DNA of 32,000 nt. Origin: Nitrosococcus oceani ATCC 19707. GTDB taxonomy: Bacteria; Pseudomonadota; Gammaproteobacteria; Nitrosococcales; Nitrosococcaceae. The position numbers and the translations under genes are program-made. The notes beneath the pieces are model-generated. The model was given only the letters and a program-made list of their open reading frames with translations. It was not told the DNA's origin and ran no database searches. The stretch spans positions 1,050,001 to 1,082,000 of the forward strand of contig NC_007484.1 in assembly GCF_000012805.1 (NCBI RefSeq), written 5' to 3'. This document shows, piece by piece, positions 26,501-32,000 of the stretch (positions are counted from its first letter, which is position 1; every line of letters starts with the position of its first letter).

Positions 26501-26534
26501 AGGGACCCTCCTACCAGGTGGGTCCCTTTTTTTG
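26501..26534 (+). terminator. rho-independent terminator of the 25297-26445 gene
   Basis: An 8-bp GC-rich stem (agggaccc 26501-26508 with gggtccct 26520-27) has an 11-nt loop and is followed by T7 (26528-26534). Confidence 0.75.
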
Positions 26535-26559
26535 GGGACCTTTAAAATCCCCCCAGCAC

Positions 26560-26839
26560 GGTAAAAGTTCAATGGCAGAGGGTTTTTCCTGGTTTAGTGA
26601 ATTATCCGGGCTAGCCAAGCTTTCAAAGCGAGTCTCCCCGCATGGTAAAAATCTCGGCTTTTCCTTTTACTACCTGCCCCCTATTCTCCTGAACTTGACC
26701 TGATAGAAATCTTATGGCGCTTTAATCCAATATCGCTGGCTGCCTTTTACTCCTTATCAATCCTATGCCAGTCTTTAAAGAAGCGCCTGAAAATATACCT
26801 GTCAACTTTGCAAAAAAATACTACATAATTTTTGCTTAG
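26560..26839 (+). pseudogene. IS630-family transposase C-terminal remnant
   Basis: Pieces in three frames read YLPP / YSPELDLIEILWR / IQYRWLPFTPYQSYASL / KEAPENIPVNFAKKYYIIFA*. Together they reconstruct the LPPYSPELNLIE.LWR.IKY.WLP...Y.S...L...L..I...G..Y.I.F tail of one IS630 subgroup. Confidence 0.55.
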
Positions 26840-27092
26840 ATACTTATTTCGGTCCCTGGCAACGCAGGGCTGCGCTATGGCGGTGAGCTTGTATTTATTG
26901 ATTACCAAAGGCTGCACTATCTTTTTATAAAGGGAGACGGGTTTTAGGAATGGGCGAGGGATAAAGCCAACAGCTAGTTATAGCGAGGATGAGGGACAAT
27001 TTTTATTATCCACAGTCGTTGAGATTTCACAAGCGTGCCTTGCTTGTTGAGGGATAGGGATGAAGGATAAAAAGGAAAGATTAGATGCTTAA

Positions 27093-27512
27093 GAAAAGTA
27101 TTCTATATGTGGTATTTCTCTTTCGGGGTTTACTTTATCGTGCGGATCTGGGTCTGAGTATTTTGAGAGGAGACGCACAGAAAATGTCATTCGCTATAGT
27201 GCCAATGGCCCCCTTGTCCAGTTTGGCATTCCTTCATCTGCTAGAGTGTACAGCAGTGATGGGTATTTGATTGCCGAAGCTAGGGTGGTGATGGATGGGA
27301 AAAATTTTTCCGAAGAGGAAATACCTGCGCAGATTGTGCTATTAGAAACTCAATATGCGGGCGGTCGCTTAGGCAAAAAGGTTGTGTATGAAGAAAAATT
27401 AATCTTTGATGCTCAAACGGGCAAATTACTTTGGAAGGAATCCCTGGACGGGAAGATAATGATACGAAGATATCTTCTCCGAGGGGCCATCTCCTTCTTA
27501 GCTCTAACTTAA
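27093..27512 (+). pseudogene. possible gene fragment (open frame without a plausible start)
   Basis: The frame is open from 27093. It reads ...ENVIRYSANGPLVQFGIPSSARVYSSDGYLIAEARVVMDGK...LIFDAQTGKLLWKESLDGK. This is protein-like, but no ATG or SD is present; the track only offers a GTG at 27246. Confidence 0.2.
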
Positions 27513-27575
27513 ACAAGGGTGGGTGCCACGACTTGCTTTCCTGGCCGTCTTCTGATGGTATCAGCGTTTTATGCT

Positions 27576-28274
27576 TTAGAGTGCATGTCTTAGATATTCT
27601 TCTGTTTTTGCTCGAAGCTTAGAAGCAGCTGAATCTACCGGGTTGATAAGCGCTGCTATTATTTCTTCTGCCATTTCTTTGGGAGAGAATCCCCCCTTTT
27701 CATTCCCAATATCTGTTAATTCGAGCCGAGGCAGTTTCCCTGTTAATTGACGTCCTTCTAATCCGCTAATTGCTGCGTGAATTTGTCCTTCTTCGATGGT
27801 TAACCGCTGGATAACTAACTTAATTTCCTTTTTACCAGTCTGTTTCAGTCTTAGCGGGATAAATTCACCCGCCGTAACAATATTTTTCCTCAAGACGCCA
27901 ATATTGGATTTGCCAGAGAGGCTAATTTCAAAAAATACCTGAGGTGAGTGGAAAATAATCTCCTTAATGATAATGGGATTCTGCCTGAGGGTGCTGGCAT
28001 CAATTTTAATACTGATGGTGTCTAAGGCAATGAGACTGGAGCTTGAAAATCCAGGAGGATTGCTAATAGTTAACCGGGATATGGTTCCTCCGCCGGCGGT
28101 AGGTGCAATTTTAACGGTGGAAATCTGTACTCTGGTTTGGGTGATTTGGGTGCCATATCTTTCAATGGCGGCCTTAATAAGTCCATTTAGGGAGAACCAA
28201 GCATAAATGAGTGCAACTGAAACGATGGCAATAAAAGCGATTGTGCCGACCAGAATCATTTCACCAGTTTCCAT
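27576..28274 (-). CDS. hypothetical N-terminally anchored (periplasm-facing) protein
   Basis: A perfect AAGGAG SD precedes the ATG. A single N-terminal TM (MILVGTIAFIAIVSVALIYAWF) is followed by a beta-rich repetitive pattern (VQISTVKIAP..GGGTISRLTISNPPGF...LDTISIKIDASTL...IIIKEIIFHSPQVFFE). The architecture loosely resembles small AsmA/DUF748-like proteins; that assignment is weak. Confidence 0.65.
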   Translation of the reverse strand: METGEMILVGTIAFIAIVSVALIYAWFSLNGLIKAAIERYGTQITQTRVQISTVKIAPTAGGGTISRLTISNPPGFSSSSLIALDTISIKIDASTLRQNPIIIKEIIFHSPQVFFEISLSGKSNIGVLRKNIVTAGEFIPLRLKQTGKKEIKLVIQRLTIEEGQIHAAISGLEGRQLTGKLPRLELTDIGNEKGGFSPKEMAEEIIAALINPVDSAASKLRAKTEEYLRHAL

Positions 28275-28417
28275 TATTTCTCCTTAGTGTAATTTTCGGT
28301 ATCCAATATTAGGACATAGGGGTGAGCAACTCATAGGCTGCGCGAGGAGAGCCTATTCGGTGATAATCTCCGGTAATTGATGGCGGTTCGCAATCAACAG
28401 AGAAGCGCTGTTAGAGG

Positions 28418-28558
28418 TTAGTATGTATTGCACTGCTTCCAATCCATGATGCTGTTCGCACGATCAATCTCGTTATCGGGGTGCACCGTAAAAAGGTTTT
28501 GAGTCATGATACCGCTAACCGTGCGAGGAGGGCGAATTGATTCAGCCGTGTTTTCCAT
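28418..28558 (-). pseudogene. orphan CBS-domain fragment (46 codons)
   Basis: MENTAESIRPPRTVSGIMTQNLFTVHPDNEIDRANSIMDWKQCNTY* matches the start of a CBS domain (V..IMT.NL.TV.PD..+..A...M), then terminates. No partner domain is present. Confidence 0.3.
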
Positions 28559-28726
28559 GGTGCCTGCTGATGTACCGACACTTGCTGATAGTGGAGCATT
28601 ACTAGAACGGCTCGGCGCAAGATAGTTTACGGTGCTGGGTTGGGATGTCGCGCCAGCGCATTTAGCAAGGCGTTATGAACGTTGTGCTCTCCCATAGATT
28701 TACCTGGGCTGAAGTGATTTCGCTAT

Positions 28727-29128
28727 TTATCGTATGACTCCTTGGAGGCGGAGTTGGTTGCGTATTTTTTCAATCCGGTTTCGGTTAACCCCAAAGTCGT
28801 AGTATCCTAGACGGGCGGCTGAACGAAGGGCAATCATTTTCTGTCGTGGACGCAGCTGAAATTCCAGATCGTCGACAAAACGGAAGATACGACTTTTGGC
28901 TATTGCATGCAAGTAATGGCTGGAGGCTGAAATAATTGTTGTTCGGGGCAGTGCGCTGATGATATCTTTCAGTACACCCCATCCTTCTGGGGGGCTAACC
29001 TTTAGATGATAGGGCTCAATGTAGTGCTTTTCATCCTTTATGGCTGAATCGCTGCATACACAATTGGGATTAGTGGGGCAGGGGGGGAATTCATTATTGG
29101 GAGGACTTTGCATCTCATCTTTCTCCAT
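28727..29128 (-). CDS. DUF1499-family protein
   Basis: 133 aa. CPTNPNCVCS...HYIEPY, then RIFRFVDDLEFQL...IALRSAARLGYYDFGVNRNRIEKIR is the DUF1499 signature as I recall it. Confidence 0.75.
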   Translation of the reverse strand: MEKDEMQSPPNNEFPPCPTNPNCVCSDSAIKDEKHYIEPYHLKVSPPEGWGVLKDIISALPRTTIISASSHYLHAIAKSRIFRFVDDLEFQLRPRQKMIALRSAARLGYYDFGVNRNRIEKIRNQLRLQGVIR

Positions 29129-29228
29129 GGCGCATAAGATAGGTAAAAGGATAGCGATAGCCGGTGGCGCATTTCATTTCTTAAATAGATATGGCTGTAA
29201 AACTTGGATTATCTACTTACAAAATAAA

Positions 29229-29996
29229 TTATTTGGCAATGTTAGCTTCTCTTACTTTTAGATATAAAAAGCGGATGAGGTCGTATTCAAAGGGTGATCC
29301 TGTTTCATAGTAGCGGAAGTTAGTACGATGCCGTTGATCGATACCTTCGACAAAATAGAAAGGTAACCAGAACCGAAGCTCATCATAATGATCAATATTG
29401 GACAAGATAGCATTAAGCAGCAGTGAGTCAGCGGCAAGGCCGATGGCGTCACGTAAATTAGAAGGGCCCAAGACAGGAATAACAAGATAAGGACCTGGCC
29501 CTAAACCGTAATGTCCAAGGGTTTGACCAAAATCCTCTCTATGCTGATAGAGTTCCAAGTGGGTTGCTGGATCCCAAATCCCCGCGATACCTATGGTTGA
29601 ATTTACTATAAAACGGGCTGCTGTTTTTAAGGCTCTGGAAAATTTCAACTGCAATAGGGTATTGGTAAAATTGATGGTTTCTCTAATATTGGAAAAAAAA
29701 TTTGAAATACCCCTTTCTATTAGATCCGGTGTTATAAACTCATAGGCATTGACGGCGGGCAGAAAAATATACTTGTCAAATTGATAATTGAAAAAATATA
29801 TGACCCGATTGGCCGGTTCTAGAGGATCGTAGACATCAATGATTGTCAATTCTTCTGATGTTGGAATTTCGCTCAGCGAGTGCTTGGGAGGTATAATGGG
29901 AAGCGTTTCGTGGTGAGGCTGAGAAGCGCAGCCTTGTAAAATAGTGACAAGCAGCAGGGTAAAAAATAGCTTAGTCATTGTAGCACACCGCATCAT
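29229..29996 (-). CDS. mlaA: MlaA/VacJ outer-membrane lipoprotein
   Basis: The lipobox is LLLVTILQGC. DPLEPANRVIYFFNYQFDKYIFLPAVNAYEFITP...ISNFFSNIRE...NSTIGIAGIWDPAT...REDFGQTLGHYGLGPGPYLVIPVLGPSNLRD is collinear with E. coli MlaA motifs. An AAGGAT SD precedes the ATG at 29996. Confidence 0.85.
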   Translation of the reverse strand: MMRCATMTKLFFTLLLVTILQGCASQPHHETLPIIPPKHSLSEIPTSEELTIIDVYDPLEPANRVIYFFNYQFDKYIFLPAVNAYEFITPDLIERGISNFFSNIRETINFTNTLLQLKFSRALKTAARFIVNSTIGIAGIWDPATHLELYQHREDFGQTLGHYGLGPGPYLVIPVLGPSNLRDAIGLAADSLLLNAILSNIDHYDELRFWLPFYFVEGIDQRHRTNFRYYETGSPFEYDLIRFLYLKVREANIAK

Positions 29997-30013
29997 TGAT
30001 GGGTTATCCTTGG

Positions 30014-31291
30014 CTAGTTTAGAAAGAAATTCACTATATAATCCACATTATCCTGGTATCCCATATTTCCTAGGTGGCCACCTCGAGGATAAATCTTGGC
30101 ACGGGATTGGAATACATCCTGCAGGAATTCAAGCTCACCGGGCGCAAGAATGGGATCGTCGGCATTCGTGATTAGACCAATTTTCTTATTTTCCCTGAGG
30201 TACTCTTCGATGCTCTTGAGGCTGAGGCTGTGGATGAGTTGATTTCGAGTCAAGCTCGGATGGCGCGTTTCAAAGAAAGGAAAAAGATATTCATCGAAAT
30301 AATTAAGAAAACCGATCCGGAGACTCACTTTAAAATAATCAGTCAGAGAGTCGGTGAGTGAAAGTTTTAAATTTTTTGGTTTCACATAGCCGGAATTGGT
30401 TATAACGTCAGAGACAAATATCATATTAGCTGCGGACCAGCGGAAGGCTAGCCCAATGATGGCCTTTAACGTCTCTTTGCTGGGTTCATATCGTTGATAA
30501 GCTTTATAGAAAAATGCATCGTTAAATTCTACTTGTTCTCCAGTTCTATAGATCTCGGTTAACCGATTGAGCACTTTTTTGATGAAGTCGTCCAGGTGTC
30601 CCATTCCTCCTGGAATATTCTTGGCAAGCAGTTTATCCAGGATAGAGGCGGAATTATACAGGCTCACGGGAGGGTTAATCATTAATACTCTTTTAAAATT
30701 AAAAATATGTTTTTTATCATCTATCTTGGCGACAAATGCAGCCTGAGCTCCTCCAAGGCTATAGCCTGTAAGATAAAAATCGGTGATTTCAATGTCATTT
30801 CTTATCTGTTGCCAGGCAAGCTGCATGACCCGGTATAGATCCGCAGAGTCCTCAACAATATGGCCTGGTACCGAATAGGTCGAGGCGGAAGTAACAAAAT
30901 TTGGATGGGTGGGAGAAGGCAATGAAAGTACATGAAAACCAGCTTGATATAAAGCTTTTTGTAAAATTCGCATGCCGGGCGCGGAGACGCTAGACCCTGT
31001 GCCTGAAATAGTAAAAATAAGGGGAGCTTTTTGTTCTTGGGAAGCTAGTGAGTACTTCAAACTTTCGGTATACCAAAGAATTTCTGGAATTTTTCGATTC
31101 TTAAAAACCGTTAGTTCTAGGGGAGTAATACTGATTTTATTGGGGAGAGAGGCTTGTAACTGGCCGGGAGTACCGATAACGGTAGCTTCATAAGGATTAT
31201 TGATTGGGTAGCCATAGGTTTCTGTATCAGCATAAAGAATTGCGCGGGGGGCAGAGAGAAAAATTAAAATGGTAATGATAAAGATTCTCAT
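30014..31291 (-). CDS. secreted alpha/beta-fold serine hydrolase (lipase/esterase-like)
   Basis: The signal peptide is MRIFIITILIFLSAPRAILYA|DT. It has a nucleophile elbow GYSLGG, a later NADDPI (Asp) and RGGHLG (His), so the triad order is Ser-Asp-His. Its stop is 17 nt before the mlaA ATG. Confidence 0.75.
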   Translation of the reverse strand: MRIFIITILIFLSAPRAILYADTETYGYPINNPYEATVIGTPGQLQASLPNKISITPLELTVFKNRKIPEILWYTESLKYSLASQEQKAPLIFTISGTGSSVSAPGMRILQKALYQAGFHVLSLPSPTHPNFVTSASTYSVPGHIVEDSADLYRVMQLAWQQIRNDIEITDFYLTGYSLGGAQAAFVAKIDDKKHIFNFKRVLMINPPVSLYNSASILDKLLAKNIPGGMGHLDDFIKKVLNRLTEIYRTGEQVEFNDAFFYKAYQRYEPSKETLKAIIGLAFRWSAANMIFVSDVITNSGYVKPKNLKLSLTDSLTDYFKVSLRIGFLNYFDEYLFPFFETRHPSLTRNQLIHSLSLKSIEEYLRENKKIGLITNADDPILAPGELEFLQDVFQSRAKIYPRGGHLGNMGYQDNVDYIVNFFLN

Positions 31292-32000
31292 GGGTGCTTG
31301 TCCTGCGCGAGCTGGTTAACTGATAAAGGCTTGTTTGCTTATAAAGAATACGGGTTACAATACTTATGTTCATAACCATAGCGGGGTTGAATGGCCGCTG
31401 CAACTTTTTTTGGTTAGATACCGGGGAATTAGCCAGAAGGCTATTATGCCGAGAGGTGAATAAACCTTGAGAGAGATTATGGTCTCAAAAACCGTGTTAG
31501 TAATCTGACTATATAGTCTCCAGAGTTTTACCTTTTTGTGCTAGAGATTGTTAAAGCTGTGCTTGGAGTACTCTGTTTGCAGTAAGTAATACACTATAAC
31601 GATAAATTAAGGACGAAAGGATATTCTTGCTTTCTTCTGCCAGGGACCCTTCCGCTTTGTTGTTATCTGATATGATTCCATAGAAAATACTCTCCTATTC
31701 CAAAACCACACGCAAGGCGGGGGGTGTCCTCACTGTGTTTTTTGCAGGCAACTAGCTCCGATCTCTATTTAACCTACCAATACCGTTTTTTTTAGGTTCT
31801 CGCAATAAAGCCGACTCTCTCTCAGCACTGCTAACTGGAAATCCCTTTCCTTAGGAATGCCCGCCACTTACTGCTTGGGATTGGAGGGAGCGGGTAGAAA
31901 GACAGGAAGTGCCTGAATTTTTGATATCTACCAGGAAGATTCCTATGCTTCTATGGTTGGTAAGATTATTGCCAATATAGTATTATTTCTTAGTCCTTTA

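Noticed and set aside
1-32000. Looked for tRNA, rRNA, tmRNA, CRISPR arrays and long tandem repeats
   Set aside because: No T-loop-type GGTTCGAATCC-like box sits in a non-coding context, and there are no regularly spaced direct repeats or rRNA-like conserved blocks. This was an eye scan only, so short or degenerate elements could have been missed.

Overview
This is a 32-kb chromosomal segment that looks gammaproteobacterial. It shows E. coli-type microsynteny: speD, the divergent yhfA<>crp pair, yicC, the divergent metG<>apbC/mrp pair, and metG-rnfA. I cannot name the organism from sequence alone.

The housekeeping blocks are separated by accessory DNA with a high density of decayed mobile elements:
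- two IS5-family remnants
- one IS1-like remnant
- three IS630-family remnants
- a truncated TnpB (IS605 OrfB type)
- a truncated, frameshifted IscB/IsrB-like (RRXRR) gene
- one apparently complete ~0.9-kb IS630-family element

I found no tRNA, rRNA or CRISPR array by eye. Composition is visibly mosaic: the UPF0182 and mlaA blocks are low-GC, and there is a GC-rich one-gene island at about 24.5-26.8 kb.

I do not see a canonical multi-gene defence or secretion system. The best candidates for something undescribed are:
1. the GC-rich island encoding a secreted 8-Cys protein of no recognisable family, with a sigma-54-like promoter
2. a two-gene secreted module (18650-20214) sitting where rnfB should follow rnfA
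3. a signal-peptide serine hydrolase tightly coupled to mlaA
4. a histone-deacetylase-like gene in tandem with UPF0182
5. an IscB-like remnant that keeps a nested-hairpin RNA-like element upstream
6. two diverged IS630 copies sharing an A8 tract at the HTH/DDE junction

All family calls come from reading the translations. No searches were run.
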